From positions 225,072-289,071 of the forward strand of contig JAJFTJ010000005.1 in assembly GCA_021373015.1 (NCBI GenBank): a DNA stretch of 64,000 nt, written 5' to 3'. The notes below the pieces were generated by a model. It saw only the letters and a program-made list of their open reading frames with translations. It was not told where the DNA came from and searched no databases. The stretch is from Nitrospiraceae bacterium. Its GTDB lineage: Bacteria > Nitrospirota > Thermodesulfovibrionia > Thermodesulfovibrionales > UBA1546. Position 1 is the first letter of the stretch; the number at the start of each line of letters is the position of its first letter. Shown here piece after piece: positions 30,243-38,031 of the stretch. The position numbers and the translations under genes were made by a program.

Positions 30243-30848
30243 ATGTTTTACAAGAAAGAAACAATGACAATTTTGAGCATTTTGGTAATTACAATATTAT
30301 TTGGTACTCTGGCCAATACAGAACAAAAAAATAAACTGCCAAGGTCTTATGGACCGCTTTATTTAGGCATGTCTGTAAAAGAGTTTAAAAAAATTTTTGT
30401 TGGTGTAGATCTCGCTAGATGTGTACATTGTGCAGAGGAAGAACTTGAAGCAGACTTATGCATTACAAAAGAATCTCGGAGTACTAATCTATGTGATAAT
30501 GTGAATCCCATCAAATTCAAGGATGCATATGTAACATTTCAACCAAACGAATTGAAAACTAACAAAATAACATGCTTCTTTTATAAAGGAGTGCTATACG
30601 ACATTGTGATGGGAAATATTGCAGCTAAAGTAGGCTCCGTTAAAGAGCATTATATAAAAGATTTAGGCAAACCAACTGCTGATGCTGTGTGGGATACAGG
30701 ATTATCACAGTTGCGATGGGAGCACGCTTCAACTATGTTAAGTGTCACTTTTGCTACTGAAAAAACCTCGAAAAAAAATGATGATGATTTTATTGAAATT
30801 AGATATACAGATTTAAAAATCCTAAAGCAGCTTCCACAGGGGAAATAG
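30243..30848 (+). CDS. Exported hypothetical protein, candidate cognate immunity protein
   Basis: Starts 16 nt after the toxin ORF. N-terminal signal/anchor TILSILVITILFGTLA. No family recognised; the call rests on position. Confidence 0.4.
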   Translation: MFYKKETMTILSILVITILFGTLANTEQKNKLPRSYGPLYLGMSVKEFKKIFVGVDLARCVHCAEEELEADLCITKESRSTNLCDNVNPIKFKDAYVTFQPNELKTNKITCFFYKGVLYDIVMGNIAAKVGSVKEHYIKDLGKPTADAVWDTGLSQLRWEHASTMLSVTFATEKTSKKNDDDFIEIRYTDLKILKQLPQGK

Positions 30849-30955
30849 ACCAGAAAAGGGGATGAATCAGAAAATAGAACCGTCTCGTTTTCTGTTCTGG
30901 AAGCAAAAAATATCATTCTGTAAAAAAGTTTTTTCAATCAGAAGAATAAAACAGT

Positions 30956-30967
30956 GTGAAAATTCAC
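30956..30967. promoter_or_regulatory. 12-bp palindrome GTGAAAATTCAC abutting a -35-like TTGATT; candidate Crp-family site
   Basis: Perfect inverted half-sites GTGAA/TTCAC. It is the reverse complement of the 12-mer at 41287-41298. Followed by TTGATT (30968-30973), 18 nt, TATATT (30992-30997). Confidence 0.45.
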
Positions 30968-31006
30968 TTGATTTGCTTCTTAGTCATCCAGTATATTTCA
31001 TGGGTA

Positions 31007-31513
31007 ATGAAAACACTTGCAATTATAATATTTTTTATTTTTACTGCATCAACAGCCTCTGCCCTCAGTGTAAATGACAATGCGCCTTTATTTTCTTTAA
31101 GAGACAGCGATGGAAAGTTTTTCTATCTGAGCAATTATATCGGTTCAAATAGAAACAGCTCTTCAAAAGGCGTTATCATAAACTTTTTTGCATCAACCTG
31201 TATTCCATGCAAAAAAGAACTTCCAATTCTTAACTCTATTGTTGATGAATTCAGAAAAAAAGGCATAGAGATTGTGATAATCGGATACAAAGAAGATTTT
31301 AATAAAATTGGAGAGATGCTTAATGCATTAAGTGTTGATAAGCCTGTAATTCTCAGCGATATATACGGCAAAGTTGGAGAGAAGTACGGAGTAATAGGAC
31401 TGCCGCTGACACTAATAATCAATAAAGACGGAAAAGTAAAAGAAATTATCTGGGGAGAAAGAGCTAATATAGACAAAATATTAAGAGAGAAAACAGGACG
31501 ACTGCTGAAATGA
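31007..31513 (+). CDS. Exported thioredoxin-fold (TlpA/redoxin-like) protein
   Basis: Signal peptide MKTLAIIIFFIFTASTASA. FFASTCIPCKKELP CxxC motif. The track GTG start at 30956 lies inside the palindrome, so ATG 31007 is preferred. Confidence 0.8.
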   Translation: MKTLAIIIFFIFTASTASALSVNDNAPLFSLRDSDGKFFYLSNYIGSNRNSSSKGVIINFFASTCIPCKKELPILNSIVDEFRKKGIEIVIIGYKEDFNKIGEMLNALSVDKPVILSDIYGKVGEKYGVIGLPLTLIINKDGKVKEIIWGERANIDKILREKTGRLLK

Positions 31514-32142
31514 AAAGAACCTTGGTAATTCTATTTGTGATTTTTTTAATAACACCGCTTTTTGCCGCTGAAAAATCTTCTAATCTCAAGGATCAAAAAG
31601 CAAAAACTCAGAACACAAAAGCACCAGAGAATATAAAGCTTGTAGAAAACTATGTTGCGATTTTTGACCTTGAGACGCAGGGCGTGGACAAAAAGATCTC
31701 CCGTCCATTAACAGATAGTATAATTTTGGAGATAGTTAAGACTGGGAAATATGAAGTCATAGACAGAAGCAACATGAACAAGGTGCTCAGTGAGCAGAAA
31801 TTTCAGCTGTCAGGATGTGTATCAGGGCAATGCGTGGTAGAGGCAGGCCAGCTTCTTGGGGTTGGGAAGATAATAGTTGGTTCTGTGGGCATAGTAGGCA
31901 GTACTTATTATCTTTCGCTTTCACTGATAAATGTAACCACAGGAAAGATAGAAACATCCTCAGAAGACAAATGCAAGTGCGCAATAGATGAGCTTATAGA
32001 ATCAAGCAAAAGACTTGCAAAGAAACTGATGGGAGAAAAAATTGATGCAGTAACAACAACAAAACCAGAGATAAAACCAGAAACAACTCCAGTGACAAAA
32101 CCAACAACAGGAACTACAACAAGACCAACTCGTTTTCGCTGA
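31510..32142 (+). CDS. Exported CsgG/FlgO-like domain protein with Thr/Pro-rich tail
   Basis: ATGA overlap with the upstream gene. YVAIFDLETQ...YEVIDRSNMNKVLSEQKFQLSGCVSGQC..AGQLLGVGKIIVGSV. Tail TTTKPEIKPETTPVTKPTTGTTTRPT. Confidence 0.6.
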   Translation: MKRTLVILFVIFLITPLFAAEKSSNLKDQKAKTQNTKAPENIKLVENYVAIFDLETQGVDKKISRPLTDSIILEIVKTGKYEVIDRSNMNKVLSEQKFQLSGCVSGQCVVEAGQLLGVGKIIVGSVGIVGSTYYLSLSLINVTTGKIETSSEDKCKCAIDELIESSKRLAKKLMGEKIDAVTTTKPEIKPETTPVTKPTTGTTTRPTRFR

Positions 32143-32291
32143 TAATTTATGCATAATTTTAGCAGGAGAAAGTCCTTGTTTTATGGCCATTTAAGTTTTT
32201 TCTTTTATTAACTTGCTAACTACCTTCCTTTCTCTTCTATTTTTTGCTATTCTTTGTTTATATTCATACCATTTGCAGGTAAGGAGGAACA

Positions 32292-33506
32292 ATGAATGCT
32301 GTTGAGATAAAATCCGGCATATTCTGGGTCGGAGCAATAGACTGGGCTGTAAGAGATTTTCATGGTTATGTTATCCCTCGCGGAACAACATATAACAATT
32401 ATCTGGCATTAGATGATGAGGTAACGCTTTTTGATACTGTTAAGTATGATTTTGCAGAGACAACGATTAAAAATATAAAGTCTGTTGTTGATCCCTCTAA
32501 AATTAAACACATAGTTATCAATCATATTGAGAATGATCACGCAACAAGCCTCGACAGATTAATGGAATTATCCCCTGATGCTGTCATCCATATAACCGAG
32601 AAGGGGAGAAAAGGGCTTGAGAGATTTTTTGATATCTCAAGATGGAATATCAAAACAGTAAAAACAGGCGACACACTGAAAATAGGCAAGAGAACGATTC
32701 TATTTATCGAAACACCAATGATCCACTGGCCTGATTCAATGATGAGTTATATAAAAGAAGAAAAGCTGCTAATAAGCCAGGATGGATTTGGACAACATAT
32801 TGCATCTGCTTCAAGGTTTGACGATGAGTTTATTAACTGCGCTTCGATGTCTGAACTCGAGGACAGTGTTGTTGATTATTACTCGAACATACTAATGCCT
32901 TTTGGCAGACTGATAAAGTCAAAGCTGGATGAGATAAAAAAGATGGGTCTTCAAATAGATATGATCGCTCCGGATCACGGCATAATCTGGAGAAAGAACC
33001 CAGAAAAAGTAATCCAGATGTATATTGATATGGTAAATGACAAGGCAGACCTGAGTGTTTCGATTATTTATGACACAATGTGGCTTGCCACAGAACGCAT
33101 GATATCTCCTATTATGCAGGGAATAAAAGATGAAGGATTAGGATGCAAGGTAATTAAACTCAGAGCAACGCCTACAAGTATGGCTATCAAGGAGTTCTGG
33201 AAATCAAGAGGAACTCTGATCGGAACACCAACTTTGAATAATTTGATGTATCCTTCCATAGCTGAATTTTTATCTCATTTAAAAGGACTGAGACCAAAGA
33301 ACAGAATCGCTAGTGCATTTGGAAGCTACGGGTGGGGCGGCGGAGCTGTAAGGGAAGTATGCGAAGAATTCAAGAAAATAGGTCTTGAGACAGTAGATCC
33401 CGGCATACAGGTGCTTTACAGGCCATCTTTGGAAGACGAAAAGATGTGTTACGAATTCGGCAGAGAATTTGCAAAGAAAACAAAAGAGTATCATAATAAA
33501 TTTTAA
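32292..33506 (+). CDS. Flavodiiron protein (FprA / rubredoxin:oxygen or NO oxidoreductase type)
   Basis: FWVGAIDWAVRDFHGY...GTTYNNYL. Di-iron ligands NHIENDH. C-terminal flavodoxin-like domain (VSIIYDTMW). Confidence 0.9.
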   Translation: MNAVEIKSGIFWVGAIDWAVRDFHGYVIPRGTTYNNYLALDDEVTLFDTVKYDFAETTIKNIKSVVDPSKIKHIVINHIENDHATSLDRLMELSPDAVIHITEKGRKGLERFFDISRWNIKTVKTGDTLKIGKRTILFIETPMIHWPDSMMSYIKEEKLLISQDGFGQHIASASRFDDEFINCASMSELEDSVVDYYSNILMPFGRLIKSKLDEIKKMGLQIDMIAPDHGIIWRKNPEKVIQMYIDMVNDKADLSVSIIYDTMWLATERMISPIMQGIKDEGLGCKVIKLRATPTSMAIKEFWKSRGTLIGTPTLNNLMYPSIAEFLSHLKGLRPKNRIASAFGSYGWGGGAVREVCEEFKKIGLETVDPGIQVLYRPSLEDEKMCYEFGREFAKKTKEYHNKF

Positions 33507-33518
33507 GGAGAGGGAATT

Positions 33519-33656
33519 ATGGCAATTTGGAAATGTTCTGTATGCGGTTATGAGTATGACGAGGCAGTTGAAGGAATCCCTTTTGAAAAACTTCCCGACG
33601 ACTGGAAGTGTCCTGTGTGTAATGCTCCTAAAGACGCTTTCGTAAAAATTAAATAG
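33519..33656 (+). CDS. Rubredoxin (45 aa; absent from the supplied ORF track)
   Basis: My translation is [45 protein letters not shown]. It has two CxxC pairs, and GGAGAGGG lies upstream of the ATG. Confidence 0.9.
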   Translation: MAIWKCSVCGYEYDEAVEGIPFEKLPDDWKCPVCNAPKDAFVKIK

Positions 33657-33683
33657 CATTATTTAATCAGGAGGATAATTGCA

Positions 33684-35198
33684 ATGAAAAACAAGTCCAT
33701 TAAAAAGGCTTTCTTGTTTGTTTTTCTTTCCTCTCTAGCATTGTTTTTAATTGGGGCTGCTCAAAAAAAAGAAGTAAAGAGCAGGATAGTTTTAAGCTCC
33801 CAGACACAGGCATGTATAACATGCCATAAACTATATACGCCAGGAATTGTCGAAGACTGGCTGACAAGCAAACATTCAAAAATAACTCCAGGGGAAGCTC
33901 TAAAAAAACCTGCCTTACAGAAAAGAGTATCAGCTGATTCATTTGCAAAAGAATATTTAGGTGTTGTAGTCGGTTGTTATGAATGCCACAGCCAGAATCC
34001 GGACAAGCACAAAGATAATTTTAACCATATGGGGTTTATTATAAATGTCATTGTTGCTCCAGGGGATTGCAATACCTGTCATCCAGTTGAATTTAAACAG
34101 TTTACTGGCAGTAAAAAATCTAACGGGTATAAAAATATATGGAATAATCCTGTTTATCACAAATATATAAACACAATAACAGGTTTGAAAAAAATAGAAA
34201 ATGGAAAGATAACAGTAAGCGAGCCGACAGCTTCAACGCTTCAAGAGACATGTTTTGGATGTCATGGCGCAAAAATAGAAGTGAGAGGCACTAAAAAAAT
34301 TAATACCCAAATAGGAGATATAGAGGTTCCTGATCTTGCAAACTGGCCTAATCAGGGTATTGGCAGAGTAAATCCAGACGGCACAACCGGTTCATGCACA
34401 GCCTGCCATCCCAGACATAGTTTTTCTATAGAGATTGCAAGGAAGCCATATACCTGTTCGCAATGTCACCTTGAGCCTGATGTTCCTGCATATAATGTGT
34501 ATAAAGAGAGCAAGCATGGAAATATCTATTCTTCAAAGTACCAGGAATGGAATTTCAATTCAGTGCCATGGGTTGTAGGAAAAGATTTTACAGCTCCTAC
34601 TTGCGCAGCTTGCCATAACAGCCTGCTTGTTTCTCCAAATGGGAAAATTATTGCAGAAAGGTCGCATGATTTTGGTTCAAGACTGTGGGTAAGGCTTTTT
34701 GGGCTTATATACAGCGCTCCACAGCCAAAATCAGGTGATACGACAATAATTAAAAATAAGGATGGGCTGCCATTGCCAACTACTTTTTTAAATGAACCTG
34801 CATCAGAGTATCTGCTTGATAAAAAAGAACAGGCAGAAAAGTTCAAGATTATGCATAGCGTATGCAACAGCTGCCATAACAAGGAGTGGATCGATGGACA
34901 TTTTGCAAAGCTGGATAACACGATTAAAGAAACGAATGAAATGACGCTTGCAGCCACGAAATTGATGATTGAGGCATGGGAAGAAGGCATAGAGGATAAA
35001 ACAAATCCATTTGACGAAACTATTGAACAACTGTGGGTAAAGCAGTGGTTCTTTTATTCAAACGCCATACGATATGCCTCTGCCATGACTGGAGCTCCTG
35101 ATTACACTGCTTTTAAACTAGGATGGTGGGAGCTGACAAACAACCTCAGAATGATGAGGGATATGATAGACTTTAAAAAACAGCTGAAGAAAAAATAG
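33684..35198 (+). CDS. Exported octaheme c-type cytochrome (possibly HAO-like family)
   Basis: Signal peptide plus eight CxxCH motifs: CITCH, CYECH, CNTCH, CFGCH, CTACH, CSQCH, CAACH, CNSCH. Confidence 0.85.
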   Translation: MKNKSIKKAFLFVFLSSLALFLIGAAQKKEVKSRIVLSSQTQACITCHKLYTPGIVEDWLTSKHSKITPGEALKKPALQKRVSADSFAKEYLGVVVGCYECHSQNPDKHKDNFNHMGFIINVIVAPGDCNTCHPVEFKQFTGSKKSNGYKNIWNNPVYHKYINTITGLKKIENGKITVSEPTASTLQETCFGCHGAKIEVRGTKKINTQIGDIEVPDLANWPNQGIGRVNPDGTTGSCTACHPRHSFSIEIARKPYTCSQCHLEPDVPAYNVYKESKHGNIYSSKYQEWNFNSVPWVVGKDFTAPTCAACHNSLLVSPNGKIIAERSHDFGSRLWVRLFGLIYSAPQPKSGDTTIIKNKDGLPLPTTFLNEPASEYLLDKKEQAEKFKIMHSVCNSCHNKEWIDGHFAKLDNTIKETNEMTLAATKLMIEAWEEGIEDKTNPFDETIEQLWVKQWFFYSNAIRYASAMTGAPDYTAFKLGWWELTNNLRMMRDMIDFKKQLKKK

Positions 35199-35247
35199 TT
35201 CTAGTACAGACAGAGGAGACTAGCGAAAAGCCTGTGCTTAGTAAGTA

Positions 35248-35257
35248 GTATCCTTTT
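35248..35257. repeat. Right copy of 10-bp direct repeat GTATCCTTTT
   Basis: Read directly, 10 nt from the addB stop codon. Partner at 29518-29527. Confidence 0.5.
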
Positions 35258-35266
35258 TTTAAATTA

Positions 35267-37993
35267 TTAAGAAGTTTGGATATAGGGACAGTATGGTTTT
35301 TCACTGCACATTCTGCAGGTTTGTTCATTTAATGGATTGGCTGTAAAATCTCCCTTTCTCATCTGCAGTACGGTTTTTTCTAGATACTGAAGACCAATTT
35401 TAATATAGTCTTCGAGTATTCGTCCTTCCTTAATGTCAGTTTTGCCTGGTATCCATGTAATTTTTGTGTCCTTCAGGGAATATAATCCTACTCTATTTAT
35501 CTTGAAACCCAGAGATTTCATTAATGCAGCATACAAAAACAACTGCAAGGTTGCGCCTTTGTTGATTATTTCCGATCTGTTTAACTGAACAGAGCCTGTT
35601 TTATAATCGATTAATTCTACTGAATCGGCTTTTTTGTCTATCCTGTCGATCTTTCCTCTTAGTTTTATCCCACTTAAAACTTCTCCTTCAACTTTAGGCT
35701 CAGCTCTCATGAATGAATATCCTTCTTTTGCTAACTTACTTTCAATTTCATATATTTCAGGCAGTAATGAAATAAAAGAATCTTTGACAAAATTTTTCCA
35801 GTATTGATCTAACAACTGGTTTTTAAGAAGCTCTTCAATGATTATTTCTGCGTTTTTCTTTAATTCTTCATAATCTTTAAATGATTTTGATATGAGTTTT
35901 TCCATGATCTGATGAATTATTATTCCAAGCAATAACCCTTCGATCTCATATTCTTTTGCTTCGAGCGGTTCAAGGCCTAAAAGTTTTTCTACAAAAAACT
36001 TTCTCGGACATGTTCTGTACTGATCTATTGATGTCACGCTGATAAAGGATGTTTCTGAAAAATATTTATCGAGCAATCTATTTTTGACTGTATGTATCTC
36101 TTTAATGAAATTTGACAATGGTGTTCTCCCTTTATATAACAACTCCTCTTCTTTGTTTAAAATTCCAGGGATGGATTCTATTACTTCGGCTTTCCAGGGA
36201 AGAAAAGGCGAGGGGAGAAAAAACTTATCTCCTTCCATAGCAGGATATGAAAGGCTTAGATTCACAGATGCTTCCAGAAGACGATGAAAGATAAATTTTT
36301 GGGAATAAAGGTATCTCTTCATGTCGACAAATCCTAATTCTTTCCTTGCGCTATCAGGAAGGATATGATCTATGTCAGGCATAGAGGGAATGTCGCCGTC
36401 TTTCAATCCTCCAATATAAAGGTATTCCGGAGATGAACTTCTTAGATCAAATAATTCTGTTACGTGCACTCCTGAACCTTCTGTTTGTATCTCTGACATA
36501 TTCAAAATGTATCTCAGGTCTTCTATAAATCTGCGCAATCCTGTTTCGTTTGTACAATTCTGGGGGAAAGCGTCCATTAGAGAGAATTCTTTCAATACAT
36601 TCGAAAGCTGTTCCTTAATGCCATGGTCTTCGAAAGAGAACTCTAAATTATCGACAATATTCATGAGTGCATTTGAAATTTCACTATACGTCCCGGATTT
36701 CTTTATTGATTCAAGAGGAATAAGCTTGTTGAATATGTGCTTGAGTTCCTGTTCAAACTCTGAAGGAATTTGCATATCATTGTCATAGCGTGAATCGCAA
36801 AGGTTTTTTAGATTAAGCCATGAATTCTTGCCCTTAATTAGCCCGGAGTTTAGGGATATTCTTGGCAGCCATTCTTTGAATGACAAAGGAATTTTTTTAA
36901 AATATGGGGATGTCAGAAACTGAGAAAAATAAAGTCTGGGGTAATCATCCTCGATTGATTCTAGCATGGCAAATAGATCAAGAAATGGTTTTGTGTTTCC
37001 TGTTGGTTTTGAAAGTAAAAATGTACATGGAATTCCATATCTTTTAAATGTCCTCTGGACAATCGAATAGTAAGGGCTGAGTTTTGGAAAGGCAACAGTT
37101 ATCTTGTCTAGCATTTTATATTTGCCAGATATATAGATGTTTTTTATATTCCTGGCAATGCCTTCGACTTCTTCGTCAATTCCAGGAAAAGGGTGAAACA
37201 CAACATTTCTGCTGCTTTTTTCAGTCTGTAAGGTCTCTAAATCAGACTTAAAGTTATTTATAAGAAAATTATTTAAAGTACCTGTTATTGAAGTAAAATT
37301 ATCTTCACTAGGAATTGCTATTACTGTTTCTTCAGAATTTTCTATAAGATTTTTTAGTATCAGTTTCTCAACAGGTGTTATCTCATAAAAATGATCAATT
37401 ATTAAGGTTTTGTGTCTGTATTTATATGTGCTTATTAATTCAGGGCATTCAACAAGAAGATCATTTTCATCTTTAAGATTATTTTCTAACAGCGCTTTCT
37501 GGTATTTTTTTAATATTGTAATTGCATTAATCGCTCTCTTTGATACTTCTTCAGGTATATTTAATTTACTGAAAATATTTATTAACTCATTCTGGATTTC
37601 TCCCAGGTCTTTCCCGGGGCGGTATTGTTTAATTTCATCTATAAAATTGCTTACCATTGATGCGAAACCAATACTCTGACCTGTTAAGGACGAAATTATA
37701 ACAGGGATTATAGGCTTGGATATTATGTTTTTGTTTCCGTATAGAAGATAAAGTTTTTTCGCCAGATTTTTTATAGTCATCATTTCAGGAGGTATGTATG
37801 CTCCACCAACCAGACTGTGGAAGACTTTTAGAGATTCGCTTATTTTATTGTGAGTAGGGGCAAGATAGAGTATGCCTGAATAGTCTTTGTTTTTAATCCC
37901 AGTTATTGCCTGCTTTAAAAGCTTTTCAGTAAAGCCCCTGTAATTAAACGGGACATGAAAAACCCTTACATTCTTGGAATAACTTTCAAGCAT
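35267..37993 (-). CDS. addB: AddB-type nuclease subunit (PD-(D/E)XK with Fe-S cysteines)
   Basis: C-terminal LRGKIDRIDK...ELIDYKTG nuclease motif. Cys set CPRKFF...CRMCSEKPYCPY typical of the AddB iron-sulfur staple. 908 aa. Confidence 0.8.
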   Translation of the reverse strand: MLESYSKNVRVFHVPFNYRGFTEKLLKQAITGIKNKDYSGILYLAPTHNKISESLKVFHSLVGGAYIPPEMMTIKNLAKKLYLLYGNKNIISKPIIPVIISSLTGQSIGFASMVSNFIDEIKQYRPGKDLGEIQNELINIFSKLNIPEEVSKRAINAITILKKYQKALLENNLKDENDLLVECPELISTYKYRHKTLIIDHFYEITPVEKLILKNLIENSEETVIAIPSEDNFTSITGTLNNFLINNFKSDLETLQTEKSSRNVVFHPFPGIDEEVEGIARNIKNIYISGKYKMLDKITVAFPKLSPYYSIVQRTFKRYGIPCTFLLSKPTGNTKPFLDLFAMLESIEDDYPRLYFSQFLTSPYFKKIPLSFKEWLPRISLNSGLIKGKNSWLNLKNLCDSRYDNDMQIPSEFEQELKHIFNKLIPLESIKKSGTYSEISNALMNIVDNLEFSFEDHGIKEQLSNVLKEFSLMDAFPQNCTNETGLRRFIEDLRYILNMSEIQTEGSGVHVTELFDLRSSSPEYLYIGGLKDGDIPSMPDIDHILPDSARKELGFVDMKRYLYSQKFIFHRLLEASVNLSLSYPAMEGDKFFLPSPFLPWKAEVIESIPGILNKEEELLYKGRTPLSNFIKEIHTVKNRLLDKYFSETSFISVTSIDQYRTCPRKFFVEKLLGLEPLEAKEYEIEGLLLGIIIHQIMEKLISKSFKDYEELKKNAEIIIEELLKNQLLDQYWKNFVKDSFISLLPEIYEIESKLAKEGYSFMRAEPKVEGEVLSGIKLRGKIDRIDKKADSVELIDYKTGSVQLNRSEIINKGATLQLFLYAALMKSLGFKINRVGLYSLKDTKITWIPGKTDIKEGRILEDYIKIGLQYLEKTVLQMRKGDFTANPLNEQTCRMCSEKPYCPYIQTS

Positions 37994-38031
37994 AAAAATA
38001 GGATAACTGATTTACAAGTATTATTAAAAGA

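Noticed and set aside
30956-31006. N-terminal extension of the thioredoxin-fold ORF (track start GTG 30956)
   Set aside because: The GTG is the first base triplet of the GTGAAAATTCAC palindrome, and the extension covers the promoter-like hexamers. The signal peptide starts cleanly at ATG 31007.
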